From: Polyangiales bacterium
GTDB taxonomy: Bacteria > Myxococcota_A > Polyangia > Polyangiales > Ga0077539
Assembly: GCA_041389825.1 (NCBI GenBank)
Contig: JAWKRC010000007.1
Span: 189,093 to 253,092, forward strand
Direction: 5' to 3'
DNA: 64,000 nucleotides
The first letter of the stretch is position 1. Every line of letters begins with the position of its first letter. Positions 1-9,966 of this stretch are shown in pieces. Position numbers and translations under genes: made by a program. The notes beneath the pieces are model-generated. The model worked only from the letters and a program-made list of their open reading frames with translations, had not been told where the DNA came from and did not search any database.

Positions 1-286
1 CGCCGCGCAGGAGCTTCACGTCATGGACGTAGAAGCGAAAGTCGAGGGGCCGCCACGTGCGCTGCGTGCTCCCGAGCCCCGCGTAGCTGCCGGTGCACGA
101 GAAGGCCTCGCTCCCCACCTTGCCCGCGAAGCGCAGCTCGACCGCGCCGCCGCCCGCGCCGCCGTCGCCCGTCGCCGCGTCGGCGTTCACGGCCGCGTCG
201 CCCGTCGCGGGCGCCGGGTCGCTCCCGCACCCCGCCGCCGCGAAGCCCGCCGCCAACGCCGCCCCGATGATCCACTTGCTCTCCAC
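1..286 (-). CDS. Lipoprotein, partial; 3' end lies beyond the window edge
   Basis: GTG start near 286 preceded by agaggagga RBS. N-terminus MESKWIIGAALAAGFAAAGCGS is a lipobox. ORF runs off position 1. Confidence 0.45.
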   Translation of the reverse strand, partial: MESKWIIGAALAAGFAAAGCGSDPAPATGDAAVNADAATGDGGAGGGAVELRFAGKVGSEAFSCTGSYAGLGSTQRTWRPLDFRFYVHDVKLLRG

Positions 287-309
287 GTCCGTCCTCCTCT
301 CTCGGTGAC

Positions 310-1200
310 TCAGCGCGCCCACGCGACGCCGAGGCTCGCCCGCACCACGGCCGGGAGCTCGCTCCCCGCGCCGTCGACCAACGGGTCTACATCGACCCGC
401 GCCATCGCCCGCCAGTCAAGGCTCGCCCTCCACTGCGCGCCCACCGACACGGTGGTGCGCCGCAGGAGCGAGCCGTCGACGCCGAGCTCCATCCACTCCC
501 CCGCGCCCGCGGTGAGCGACACCTTCTGCGTCAGCTCGTGCACCACGGTCACGGTCACCGCCGCGCGGTGGCCCGGGGTGTACCCGTCGAGGCCCGCGAA
601 GCGCAGGCCCACCTCGCCGCTCAGCGCGAGCTGCACCCGCGCGCCGAGCGCCCAGCGGAGCTCGCCGCCGACCGAGGCCTCCCACGCGCCGAGCCCCAGC
701 CCCGTCGCCATCGCGAGGCCCGGGTCGCTCAGCGCGCGCGACGCCGTCGGCGCCCGCAGCCCCGCCCACACCGCGCCCGTGGGGACCCACCCCGCGCGCG
801 TCAGCCCGATCTCCTGCCGCGCCCGCGCGTACGAGTCTCCGAGCCCGCCGCCCGTGAGGCTCTGCCCTGGGTTCTCGACCGCGCTGTAGCCCGCCGCCAC
901 GCCCAGGCCGAGCTCCAGCGACGGCGTGGCCCTCCACGCGGCGGCGGCGTCGACGACGAGCCGGTACGCGCTCGCGCCCTCGGGGTTGCCCTGCGCGCCC
1001 GAGCGGCTGTCCCACCGGCCGAGCTCGGCGAGGCCCGAGAGGTTCAGCGCCGCGCCCCACCGGTCGGCCGCGCCGGTGACCGGCGCCGAGGGGCCGACCA
1101 GCGCCCCGCAGGGGCAGGCCGAGGCCGGGGCGGGCGCCAGCGCCGCGAGGCACAGCGCGACCACAGACGCGCGTGTCGCGACACCGACGTCGTGCGTCAC
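310..1200 (-). CDS. Outer-membrane beta-barrel-like secreted protein
   Basis: Signal peptide MTHDVGVATRASVVALCLAALAPAPASA. Gly/Ala-rich alternating amphipathic segments, Trp near C-terminus. Confidence 0.5.
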   Translation of the reverse strand: MTHDVGVATRASVVALCLAALAPAPASACPCGALVGPSAPVTGAADRWGAALNLSGLAELGRWDSRSGAQGNPEGASAYRLVVDAAAAWRATPSLELGLGVAAGYSAVENPGQSLTGGGLGDSYARARQEIGLTRAGWVPTGAVWAGLRAPTASRALSDPGLAMATGLGLGAWEASVGGELRWALGARVQLALSGEVGLRFAGLDGYTPGHRAAVTVTVVHELTQKVSLTAGAGEWMELGVDGSLLRRTTVSVGAQWRASLDWRAMARVDVDPLVDGAGSELPAVVRASLGVAWAR

Positions 1201-1595
1201 GGCACCTCGGCGAAGACCAGGGCCTGGTCGCTCGCGGCGCCGCCCTCGAAGTGCAGGGTGAGCACCCAGCGGCCGCCCATGGGCAGCGAGAGGCCGCGCA
1301 CCGTGTACTCGCCCGTGGAGGGGTCTCCGTCGGCGACGGCGCTCACGGCCTGGTGGGGGTGCGCGGGCATCGAGGCCTCGACGGCGGTGACCCGCGCGGG
1401 CGCCCCGTCGGCGGCGCGCGACTGCACCTCGAAGGCGTTCACCCCGCGGCGCAGCCCCCCGTCGGGGAACTCCACCCGGTACACGTAGCGGCCGCGCTCG
1501 CTCAGCTCGTCGACGCCCGTCGCGCTGTCGTCCGTCGGCGCGCCGCAGCCCGCGCAGAGCGCGAGGGCGGCGAGGGTCACGGCGAGGAGCGAGCG
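1197..1595 (-). CDS. Small lipoprotein; the 350-aa ORF 1197..2249 is an over-extension
   Basis: GTG at 1595 gives VTDRRSLLAVTLAALALCAGC lipobox and about 130 aa of mature protein. The upstream part of that ORF is antisense to the response regulator gene. Confidence 0.5.
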   Translation of the reverse strand, partial: RSLLAVTLAALALCAGCGAPTDDSATGVDELSERGRYVYRVEFPDGGLRRGVNAFEVQSRAADGAPARVTAVEASMPAHPHQAVSAVADGDPSTGEYTVRGLSLPMGGRWVLTLHFEGGAASDQALVFAEVP

Positions 1596-1748
1596 TCGGT
1601 CGGTCACGGCGAGGGGTGATATGCGGCGTGGGCGCCGGGGTTCAAGCGGCTGCGACCATCGGCCGCAGCGCGCCGCGTGCGTCACGATGTCGCAAGGGCG
1701 CACGGGGTCGTTGCCCTCGCGGCGGCTTCGTGTGATCCGCAACGGGCG

Positions 1749-2297
1749 ATGGCCGACGACCCCGCGACGTCTCCGCGAAGGATGCTGCTCGTCGACGACG
1801 ACGCGGCCTTTCGCGCGGCGCTCGCCGCGGCGATGACCCGCCGCGGGTGGAGGGTGACCACCGCGGCCTCGCCCGACGAGGCCCTCGCGGCCACGGCGCG
1901 CGAGGCCCCGACGCACGCCGTCATCGACCTGCGCATGCCGGGGGGCTCGGGGCTCGACCTCCTGCGCGAGCTCGTCGCGCGGGTGCCCGGGGTCGCGGTG
2001 GTGGTGCTGACGGGCTACGGGTCGATCCCGACGGCCATCGACGCGGTGAAGCGCGGCGCGGTGAACTACCTTACCAAGCCCGCCGAGCCGGGCGAGATCG
2101 AGGCGGCCTTCAACGAGCAGGAGAGCGAGAGCATCGCGCCCGAGGTGACCGTGCCGTCGCTCGACCGCGCGCAGTGGGAGCACATCCAGCGGGTGCTCGC
2201 GGAGTGTCAAGGGAACATCTCCGAGGCCGCGCGTCGCATGGGGATGCACCGCCGCACGCTCCAGCGAAAGCTCCAGAAGCTCCCGCCGCAGCGGTGA
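1749..2297 (+). CDS. Two-component response regulator, RegA/PrrA/ActR family (REC plus Fis-type HTH)
   Basis: MLLVDDD...DLRMPGGSGLDLL receiver domain. C-terminal GNISEAARRMGMHRRTLQRKL HTH. Stop overlaps kinase start. Confidence 0.85.
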   Translation: MADDPATSPRRMLLVDDDAAFRAALAAAMTRRGWRVTTAASPDEALAATAREAPTHAVIDLRMPGGSGLDLLRELVARVPGVAVVVLTGYGSIPTAIDAVKRGAVNYLTKPAEPGEIEAAFNEQESESIAPEVTVPSLDRAQWEHIQRVLAECQGNISEAARRMGMHRRTLQRKLQKLPPQR

Positions 2298-3573
2298 TGA
2301 CGCGCTCTCGGCCGCCGTTGCAGCTCGCGTGGCTGGTGCGCCTACGGTGGGCGGCCATCGCGGCGCAGCTCGCCTCGATCGTGGGCGTGCGCTTCGTCCT
2401 GCACGCGCCCTTCCCCTTCGCGCCCCTGGCGATGGTGGTGGGCGCGCTGGTGGTGGCGAACCTGGTGCTCACGCTCCGCCTGCGGCGCGGGGCGCGGCTC
2501 TCCGACGCGGCCATCGCGGGCAACCTCATCCTCGACTCGGTGGGCCTCACCGCGCTGCTCATCTGGACCGGCGGCGCGATGAACCCTTCACCACGCTCTA
2601 CCTCCTGCACGTCGCGCTCGCGAGGATCATGGTGCCGCGGCGCTGGAGCCTCGCGGTGACGGTGTGCGCCGTGGCCCTCTTCGCGGGGCTGCTGATGGCG
2701 CGGCCCGAGGCCATTCACGTCTGGCACACGCCGGGGATGTTCCTCCTTCACGTGCGCGGGATGTGGCTCGCCTTCGCGCTCACCGCGGGGTGCCTCTGGT
2801 ACTTCATCGACCGGGTCACCACCTCGCTGCGCCGCCGCGAGGAGGAGCTCTCGGCCGAGCGGGTGGAGCGAGAGCGCGCCGCCCGGTGGAACGCCCTGGG
2901 CACCCTCGCCGCGGGCACGGCGCACGAGCTCAACACCCCCATGGGGACCGTGGCGATCCTCGCGTCGGAGCTGAGCGAGCTCCTCCCCGAGGGGAGCGAC
3001 GCCCGCGCGCAGGCCGACCTCATCCGCGCGGAGATCAAGCGCTGCAAGCAGATCCTCGGTCGCATGCGCGCCCACGGGCAGGACGCCGACACCGCCGACC
3101 GGGTCGCCCTCGGCCCCTGGCTCAGCTCCACAGTAGACGGCTGGCGCGCCGCGCACCCCGACGCGACGGTCGCCCTCTCCCTCGACCGCGGCCTCGCCGC
3201 TCGCGAGGTGGCCCTCTTCACCGAGCCCTTGCGTCAGGCGCTGGTGAGCCTCCTCGACAACGCGCGCCTCGCGCTGTCGGGCCGCGCCTCGGCTCTGCCC
3301 ATCGAGGTCACGCTCGCGCGCGGAGACGACCGCGACGCCTTCGAGCTCACGGTCATCGACCACGGCGTCGGCGTGCCGAGCGAGCACCTCCACCGCCTGG
3401 GCGAGCCCTTCTTCACCACGCGCGAGCCCGGGATGGGCATGGGGCTCGGGCTCTTCCTCGTGCAGGCGACGGCGTCGATGCACCGCGGCGCGATGCGCGT
3501 GCGCTCGGGCGAGGGCGAGACGCGGGTCACGCTCACGCTGCGCGGCGTGGGCGGGGGCGCAGAAACGCGCTAA
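2297..3573 (+). CDS. Sensor histidine kinase, RegB/PrrB/ActS family; apparent 1-nt deletion in a C-run near 2586
   Basis: N-terminal TM region ends ...GGAMNP in frame A. Frame B continues FTTLYLLHVAL (conserved RegB NPF motif), then H-box GTAHELNTP, HATPase (GMGMGLGL). Restoring one C joins the halves. Confidence 0.75.
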
Positions 3574-3598
3574 TGCTCCCGCGACGAGACCCGCCATC

Positions 3599-4549
3599 GT
3601 GACCGACGCCGAGCTCCGCTGCCGAGACGAGATCAGTCCCCCCGACGACGGGCGCGAGTCGCGCGCGCTGAAGGTCGCGGCGCTCACGCTGGTGACCATG
3701 GTGGCCGAGCTGGTCGCGGGGTACGCCACGCGCTCCCTCGCGCTCACCGCCGACGGGTGGCACATGGCCACGCACGCAGGCGCCCTCGCGCTCACCGCGG
3801 GGGCCTACTGGTTCGCGCGCACCCGCTCGAAGCGCGGCGCCTTCGCCTTCGGCGGAGGGAAGGTCCACGCCCTCGCGGGCTACACCAACGCGCTGGTGCT
3901 CCTCGCGGTGGCCGTCGAGATGGCCGTCGAGGGGGCGCAGCGGCTGCGCCACCCGCAGCCCATCGCGTACACCGAGGCGCTCGTGGTCGCCGTGCTCGGG
4001 TTGCTGGTGAACCTCGTGAGCGTCGTGTGGCTCACGCCCCCGGGCGAGCACCACCACCACGACCACGACCATCACCACCACGACCCTCACCACGGTCACG
4101 ATCACCACGACCATCACCACCACGGGCGCGACCGCGACGACAACCTGCGCGCGGCGTACCTGCACGTGCTGGCCGACGCGTTCACGAGCGTGCTGGCGAT
4201 CGGGGCGCTGCTGGCGGGGCGCTTCCTGGGCTGGGCCTTCCTCGACCCGGTGAGCGCGCTGGTGGGGAGCGTGATGATCCTGCGGTGGGGCGTCGGGCTG
4301 CTCCGTAGCGCGGGGCGAACCCTCGTCGACTCAGCCCCCGACGACGGCACCCTCGGGCTGATCCGCGAGACCCTCGAGGCGAGCGGGGCGACCGTGGTCG
4401 ACCTCCACGTGTGGGACGCGTCGCCCGGTCACCGCGTGTGCATCGTCGCGGTGCGCGCGACGAGCCCCCGCACCCTCGCGGAGTACCGCGCGGCCCTTCA
4501 GGAGAAGGTCGCGCTCCGCCACGTCACCATCGAGGTCGAGCCCGCGTAG
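3599..4549 (+). CDS. Cation diffusion facilitator (CzcD/ZitB-like) metal efflux protein
   Basis: CDF TM core (HMATHAGALALTAG...), His-rich loop HHHHDHDHHHHDPHHGHDHHDHHHH, C-terminal cytoplasmic domain. Confidence 0.85.
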   Translation: MTDAELRCRDEISPPDDGRESRALKVAALTLVTMVAELVAGYATRSLALTADGWHMATHAGALALTAGAYWFARTRSKRGAFAFGGGKVHALAGYTNALVLLAVAVEMAVEGAQRLRHPQPIAYTEALVVAVLGLLVNLVSVVWLTPPGEHHHHDHDHHHHDPHHGHDHHDHHHHGRDRDDNLRAAYLHVLADAFTSVLAIGALLAGRFLGWAFLDPVSALVGSVMILRWGVGLLRSAGRTLVDSAPDDGTLGLIRETLEASGATVVDLHVWDASPGHRVCIVAVRATSPRTLAEYRAALQEKVALRHVTIEVEPA

Positions 4550-4596
4550 CGAGGGAAGTTCTCGGCCACCCCGCGGCGTTTCGTGTACCGTCCCCG

Positions 4597-5556
4597 ATGC
4601 CTGACGGAGCGACCGCCCCCACCGTGGAACCCGACGCCCTCCTCGCACGCATCCGCGCGGCCCTCTCGGGCGTGATCTCGGGCCGCCCCGACGCGATCGA
4701 GCTCCTCCTCACCGGGGTGCTCTCGGGCGGTCACGTGCTCATCGAAGACGTGCCGGGGGTTGGCAAGACCACCCTCGCCCGCGCCCTCGCGAAGTGCTTC
4801 GACGTGTCGTGCACGCGGGTGCAGTTCACGCCCGACCTCCTGCCGAGCGACATCCTCGGCGCGCAGGTGCTCGACCCCCGCGACGGGAGCTTCGCCTTCC
4901 ACCGCGGGCCGATCTTCACGAGCGTGCTCCTCGCCGACGAGATCAACCGCGCGTCGCCCCGCACGCAGAGCGCGCTCCTCGAGGCGATGAACGAGGGCAG
5001 CGCGACCGTCGACGGCGTGACCCACGCGCTCCCGCGCCCCTTCTTCGTGCTCGCGACGCAGAACCCCATCGAGTCGCAGGGGACGTGGCCGCTGCCCGAC
5101 GCGCAGCTCGACCGCTTCGCCCTGCGCGTGTCGGTGGGCTACCCCTCGCCCGACGCCGAGCTCGCGATGCTCTACGCCCGCCAGCGCGCCGACCCCCTCG
5201 ACCGGGTCGAGTCCTTCGCGACGGGCTCCGACCTCGCGGAGCTGCAGGCCGCGGCGCGCGAGGTCGACGTGAGAGAGCCCGTGGCGCGCTACCTCCTGCG
5301 CGTGGTGACCGCGACGCGCGACCACCCCGAGCTCGCCATGGGGGCCTCTCCGCGCGGGGCGCTGTCGTTCTTTCGCAGCGTGCAGGCCCGGGCGCTCTTG
5401 CAGGGTCGCAAATACGTCACGCCCGACGACGTGCAGGCGCTCGCTGCGCCGGTGCTCGCGCACCGCGTGGCGCTGGCGCCGTCGGCGAAGTACAGCGGCG
5501 CGTCGTCCGACGCGATCGTGCGCGCGCTGGTGGCGGGGGTCGAGGTGCCGGTGTGA
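4597..5556 (+). CDS. MoxR-family AAA+ ATPase
   Basis: Walker A GVPGVGKTTLA, LLADEINRASPRTQSALLEAM, QNPIESQGTWPLPDAQLDRF. ATG at 4597 in frame. Confidence 0.9.
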   Translation: MPDGATAPTVEPDALLARIRAALSGVISGRPDAIELLLTGVLSGGHVLIEDVPGVGKTTLARALAKCFDVSCTRVQFTPDLLPSDILGAQVLDPRDGSFAFHRGPIFTSVLLADEINRASPRTQSALLEAMNEGSATVDGVTHALPRPFFVLATQNPIESQGTWPLPDAQLDRFALRVSVGYPSPDAELAMLYARQRADPLDRVESFATGSDLAELQAAAREVDVREPVARYLLRVVTATRDHPELAMGASPRGALSFFRSVQARALLQGRKYVTPDDVQALAAPVLAHRVALAPSAKYSGASSDAIVRALVAGVEVPV

Positions 5557-6887
5557 GCGCCGTCGCGGAGAGGCTCGGGCGTCTCCGCGATCGGCTGCGT
5601 CAGGTCGACTACGACCGGCTGAACCACATCCTCATCCCGTCGACCAACGCCGAGCGGGAGAGGTGGCGAAAGACCCGCCTCGGGCGCGCGGTGCAGCCCT
5701 TGTTCTGGGTCTTCTACGCGCTCACCCCCGCGGGCCGCGGGTACGCGCTGATGCTCTTCCCCGTGGGGATGTTCGGCCTCGAGATCGAGCGCGCGGACGT
5801 CTACGTGCTGTGGAGCCTCTTGATGGCGGCGGCGGTGGTGTCGGTCGCGGCGCGCAGGGCCTTCGCGATGGAGGGCGTGCGCGTCGAGGTGCGGGCGCCG
5901 GCGCGGGCGGCCATCGACGAGCCCGTGAACTTCACCGTGGAGCTCACCCACGACGGAGACCGGCCGCACGCCGACGTGATGGTCGAGGGCCCCTTCCTCC
6001 CCTGGGACGGCCGCTGGGACGGCGCGCACCCTCGCCTCCCGGTGCTCGCTCCCGGCGCGCGCGTGACGCTCACCGTGACGGGGAGGTTCCGCTCTCGGGG
6101 CGAGCACCACCTCGACCCCTTTCACGTCGGGGCGATGGTGCCGCTGGGCCTGACCTACGGCCCGCTCGTGCGCTCGCGCGGCGTGCGCTTCGTGGTGATC
6201 CCTCGCGCGGCGCGGGTGATCGCCGTCTCGATGCCGCTGCGCCCGCGGCACCAGCCCGGCGGCGCGCCGCAGGCCCTCGCGAGCGGAGACTCCTTCGAGC
6301 TGCGGGGCTTGCGCCCCTACCGCTCGGGCGACCCGGTGCGCGACCTGCACGCGAAGAGCTGGGCGCGCACGGGGGTGCCGGTGGTGCGCGAGTACCAGCA
6401 GGAGCACTTTCGTCGGGCGGCGGTGGTGCTCGACCCCGAGGTGAAGGGCCAGCGCGACGCGGCGGTGCTCGACGCGGCGGTGTCGCTCGCGGCGGGGCTG
6501 GTGTCGTTCCTCTCGCGCGAAGACGCGCTGGTCGACCTGGTGCTGATCGGCGCGCGCGTGCACGAGCTCCACGCGCACGGAGGCCGCGCGCAGGAGGTCC
6601 TCGGCGCCGCGCTCGACCTCCTCGCGTGCGTCGAGCCGGGCGATGCCTTCGACGCCGAGCGGGTGTTGAAGGCGCTCGGTCCCTTCGCGCCGAGGTTGTC
6701 TGCGGCGGTGGTGGTGACCTGCGCGCCGCGCGACGACCACGCGACGGTGGCGGGCCGCCTGCGCGCGCTGGGGGTGGAGTGCAAGGTGGTGGCGATCCAC
6801 CGCGAGGGCGCGAAGCCGTCGGCGCCCGCGGGGGTCACGTCGCTGTCGCACCGCGCGGTGCTCGCGGGCGAGCCCGTGAGCGTGTGA
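5553..6887 (+). CDS. DUF58 (vWA-like) protein, canonical MoxR partner
   Basis: GTG overlaps moxR stop (GTGA). Motif FELRGLRPYRSGDPVRDLHAKSWARTG typical of DUF58. Confidence 0.8.
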   Translation: MSAVAERLGRLRDRLRQVDYDRLNHILIPSTNAERERWRKTRLGRAVQPLFWVFYALTPAGRGYALMLFPVGMFGLEIERADVYVLWSLLMAAAVVSVAARRAFAMEGVRVEVRAPARAAIDEPVNFTVELTHDGDRPHADVMVEGPFLPWDGRWDGAHPRLPVLAPGARVTLTVTGRFRSRGEHHLDPFHVGAMVPLGLTYGPLVRSRGVRFVVIPRAARVIAVSMPLRPRHQPGGAPQALASGDSFELRGLRPYRSGDPVRDLHAKSWARTGVPVVREYQQEHFRRAAVVLDPEVKGQRDAAVLDAAVSLAAGLVSFLSREDALVDLVLIGARVHELHAHGGRAQEVLGAALDLLACVEPGDAFDAERVLKALGPFAPRLSAAVVVTCAPRDDHATVAGRLRALGVECKVVAIHREGAKPSAPAGVTSLSHRAVLAGEPVSV

Positions 6888-6896
6888 AGAGGGCGC

Positions 6897-7583
6897 TCAG
6901 CCGAAGTTCACCGTGAGCTCGCTGCGGCCCTGGAAGAGCTCCCAGAAGCGGTCGGCGATGGCGTTGGGGTCGAGCGTCGCGTGGCCGTTGTCGAAGGCCG
7001 TGCCCTTCACCATGCCGAGCACCACGACCTCGCCGACGTACACGCCGTCGGGCGCGAGCTTCTTCGAGAGCAGGCCCACGGCCTTGTGCTGCGCGGCCTT
7101 GCTGATCGCGAGGCCCATGGAGTTCCACTGCGTCGCCATCGCGTCGACGTTGGGGTCGTAGAAGGCGAAGCCGCCGCCCGTGACGAGGAGCGCGCCCTTC
7201 TGCGACTTCAGGTCCTCGTGCGCGGCCTGCACGGCGGCGATGAGGCCGGTGACGGCGACGTCGAACACGCCGCGCAGGTCGCTCGCGGGCGCGGCGAGGA
7301 GGTCGCCCGCGCCGCCCATGTACGCGTTCCAGTGGAGGACGGCGACGGGGCCGAGCGACGCGCGGACCTCGTTCACCATCGAGCGCACCGCGTCGACGTC
7401 CCCGAGGTCGCACGGGAAGGCCTTGGCGGTGATGCCCTCCTTCGAGAGCGCCGCGGCGGCCGCCGTGAGCCGCTCCGCGTTGCGCGCCACGATGGCGACG
7501 GAGTAGCCCTCGCGGCCGAACCTCCGCGCGACCGCGTCGGAGATGCCCGGCCCATGCCCACACACGATGATGGTCTTCGACAT
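6897..7583 (-). CDS. Short-chain dehydrogenase/reductase (SDR)
   Basis: N-terminal IIVCGHGPGISDAVARRF Rossmann motif, clean 228-aa ORF. Confidence 0.8.
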   Translation of the reverse strand: MSKTIIVCGHGPGISDAVARRFGREGYSVAIVARNAERLTAAAAALSKEGITAKAFPCDLGDVDAVRSMVNEVRASLGPVAVLHWNAYMGGAGDLLAAPASDLRGVFDVAVTGLIAAVQAAHEDLKSQKGALLVTGGGFAFYDPNVDAMATQWNSMGLAISKAAQHKAVGLLSKKLAPDGVYVGEVVVLGMVKGTAFDNGHATLDPNAIADRFWELFQGRSELTVNFG

Positions 7584-7635
7584 GGCGACGGGACTACTCC
7601 CGCGCGCGAGCGAGGGTCAATGGGGCGTCAGGGCG

Positions 7636-8280
7636 TCAGCCCTTCCAGTGCGGGGGCCAGGTCTTGTCGTGGTAGGGGAGCGCGCGCATCCGGTCGCGCC
7701 ACGCGAGCACCGCCTCGGGGATCGCGCCCTGCAGGTCGAGCCCCGGGTGCCGCTGGTCGAAGCGCTCGGCGGTGGCGATGAAGGGGTAGAGCGTGAAGTC
7801 CGCCGCGCCGAGCTCGGGGCCGACGAAGCCCTCGGCGACGAGCTTGTCGTAGCGCGCGACCTCGGCGGCCCAGAGGGTCTTCGCCTCGGCGATCTCGTCG
7901 GCGTCGCGCTTCTCGGGCGGCGTGAAGAACACGCTGCGCGCGACGCGGCCGTGGAGCGGCTGGAGGTAGTTGTCGACCTCGGCGATCACGCGGCGCTGGA
8001 GCGCGCGCTGTTCGAGGTCACCGGGGAAGAGCGGGGGGCCGTCGGTGAAGCGCTCGTCGAGGTACTCGACGATGGCCGCGCTCTCGTAGAGCGTGAAGCC
8101 GTTGTCGTCGATGGCGGGGACCTCGGTGACGGGGTTGATCGCGAGGTACTCGGGCTGCCGGTGCTCCCCGTCGGAGAACGACAGCACCCGCTGCTCGTAG
8201 GGGACGCGCTTGTGCTCCAGCGCGAGCCACACGCGCCAGGCGAACTGCGAACCGGAACCGTAGAAGAACCGCAGCGACAT
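7636..8280 (-). CDS. Glutathione S-transferase
   Basis: MSLRFFYGSGSQFAWRVWLALEHKRVPYE ... LYESAAIVEYLDERF thioredoxin-like N-domain plus GST C-domain. ATG at 8280 in frame. Confidence 0.8.
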   Translation of the reverse strand: MSLRFFYGSGSQFAWRVWLALEHKRVPYEQRVLSFSDGEHRQPEYLAINPVTEVPAIDDNGFTLYESAAIVEYLDERFTDGPPLFPGDLEQRALQRRVIAEVDNYLQPLHGRVARSVFFTPPEKRDADEIAEAKTLWAAEVARYDKLVAEGFVGPELGAADFTLYPFIATAERFDQRHPGLDLQGAIPEAVLAWRDRMRALPYHDKTWPPHWKG

Positions 8281-8369
8281 GGCCGCGGAGGGTACACCCG
8301 CCGAAGTCGCGACGGCTCGACCTCGTTCACCGCGACCGAACGCCGCGCGAGCGCCCGCGCCTCCGCGCG

Positions 8370-9436
8370 CTAGTCGGGCGTACACACGCTGCGCTGGTAC
8401 CGCTGCACGAGGCGATCCCCCGACCATTGAAAGCGCGTGGTGTCCTGGCAGTAGGCCCGGTCGCGAAACCGGAAGTGCTGCCCCGTGACGGTGATCCCGT
8501 CGGGGTCGACCCAGGGTCCCTCTCCGTACGAAGGCCCGCTCTGGGTGTCCCGCGTGATGTCGATGGATTCTCCGTGGCGCCACAGCTCGCGCGCGACGGG
8601 CGCCGTCGGAGAACTCTCGAGGAGAGTCCATGACATCCCCTGCCAGCGCGACCAGTGTCGTTCGTGGGTCGCCTGGAGGAGAACTCGCACGCGCGCGGAG
8701 GTCTCCAGGGGCCGCAGCGCGAGGCGGCAGAAGGCCTCCCCCTCGCGCGTCGGCGTCGGCGCCTCGAAGCGGAAGATGGGCACCGCCACGTCGTGCTCCA
8801 CGCGAAAGCCGTACACCGCGGTGTCCTCCACGACGTTCACGCGCAGGCCGACGAGGACCCGCAGACGCGCGGCGGTCTCGGTGTGCCCTTCGAAAGCCTC
8901 GAGTCGCACGAGGCTCCCGTAGCTCCGTCGTCGCCAGCGCCCTCGGTGTCGAACAGCGGGAGCGGTCCGGCGTCGACGCGCTCGAGCGGCCCCCGAAGTC
9001 GATCCGTCACGCCCTCGCTCGTGGCGACGAACTCCCAGCGCGCCGCCTCGCCCATCACGCGCTCGACCCACGCGCGGGTCTGCGCGCGCATCCGCGCGAA
9101 GAGGCGTTGCCGGTCGACGGGGATGTCCCCGTCGCCGGTGTAGTCGAAGTCGCGGAGCGCCACGCGCGTCGCGGCGATCGCAGCGACCTCGGGCGGCGTG
9201 GGCTCTTCGGGCGCGGGAGTCTCCGTCGGAGGTGCTTCCGCGGGCGCGGGTGGAGGCGACGGGGTCGTGACCGTCGCGACGACCGGCGCCGGGCGAGGCG
9301 TGACGCGGCGCGCGTGCGCGCAGCCGAGAGCGAGCGCGGCGACGAGCGCGAGGCGTGGGCGAAGGTCCACGAGGGTGTGTGCGCGGGGCCGCGACGGAGA
9401 GACGCGAAGCGCGGGCGCCGCGAGAGTGGTGCTCAT
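8370..9436 (-). CDS. Lipoprotein with Pro-rich linker; two frames suggest a frameshift near 8930
   Basis: Frame 1 starts with signal LALVAALALGCAHA, a PAPEEPTPPE linker, then a domain. Frame 2 carries a conserved-looking C-terminal domain ending ...QRYQRSVCTPD. Confidence 0.35.
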
Positions 9437-9475
9437 GAGCGAGCGCGCATCGCAGCGCGCGTGCCGATCCCGTCG

Positions 9476-9907
9476 CTAGAGCAGCGCCGAGCACACCCCG
9501 CCGAGCGGCACCGCCGACGGAATCTCGACGGTGACCGTGTGCGTCCCGTCGGTCACCGTGTACCGCCCCGCGGGGAGCGGCGGCGTCTCACACCCCACCT
9601 CGGGCTTTGAGCACACGGGCGGCGGAGTGGTGCGGCAGTACGCGTCGACCACGACCGTGCCGCGAATCGTGAACGCGTCACCTTCCCGCGTGAGCGAACA
9701 CTCCCGCGAGACGAGCGTGTCGCAGGCGGGGCGGCACGACGACGTCATGATGATCCTCACCGGACGGTCGACCTCGAAGCGCGGCGCGTTCACGTCCGCT
9801 TCCACAGGCCTCACGCACACCCGCGTCAGTGGAACCTCCTCGCGCACCGGCCCGCACCCCGCCAGCGCGAACGCCAGCGCCACCCATCCCCTCCGCACGG
9901 AAAGCAT
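9476..9907 (-). CDS. Cysteine-rich small lipoprotein
   Basis: MLSVRRGWVALAFALAGCGP lipobox; 10 Cys in 143 aa. Confidence 0.5.
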   Translation of the reverse strand: MLSVRRGWVALAFALAGCGPVREEVPLTRVCVRPVEADVNAPRFEVDRPVRIIMTSSCRPACDTLVSRECSLTREGDAFTIRGTVVVDAYCRTTPPPVCSKPEVGCETPPLPAGRYTVTDGTHTVTVEIPSAVPLGGVCSALL

Positions 9908-9966
9908 CTCGACACGCTACACCGTCCCCTTGCCCTCGACGCGCGTTCGCGCCTTCACTCGCGCGC

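Noticed and set aside
416-1153. Long ORFs antisense to, or overlapping, real genes (e.g. 416..1153-, 5289..6851-, 11247..12560-, 13757..15193-, 20001..21581-, 25101..26159-, 29781..31448+, 40545..42152+)
   Set aside because: Arg/Pro/Gly-rich low-complexity translations typical of wrong-frame reading in >70% GC DNA. Each lies opposite a gene with clear family motifs.
1197-2249. 350-aa ORF taken at face value
   Set aside because: Only the last ~130 codons (from the GTG at 1595) encode a coherent lipoprotein. The rest is antisense to the response-regulator gene.
4794-6887. 697-aa N-terminally extended DUF58
   Set aside because: The extension overlaps moxR in another frame. The true start is the GTG at 5553, overlapping the moxR stop.
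8018-8488. Small ORFs inside or opposite the GST gene
   Set aside because: They overlap a well-supported GST CDS in alternative frames.
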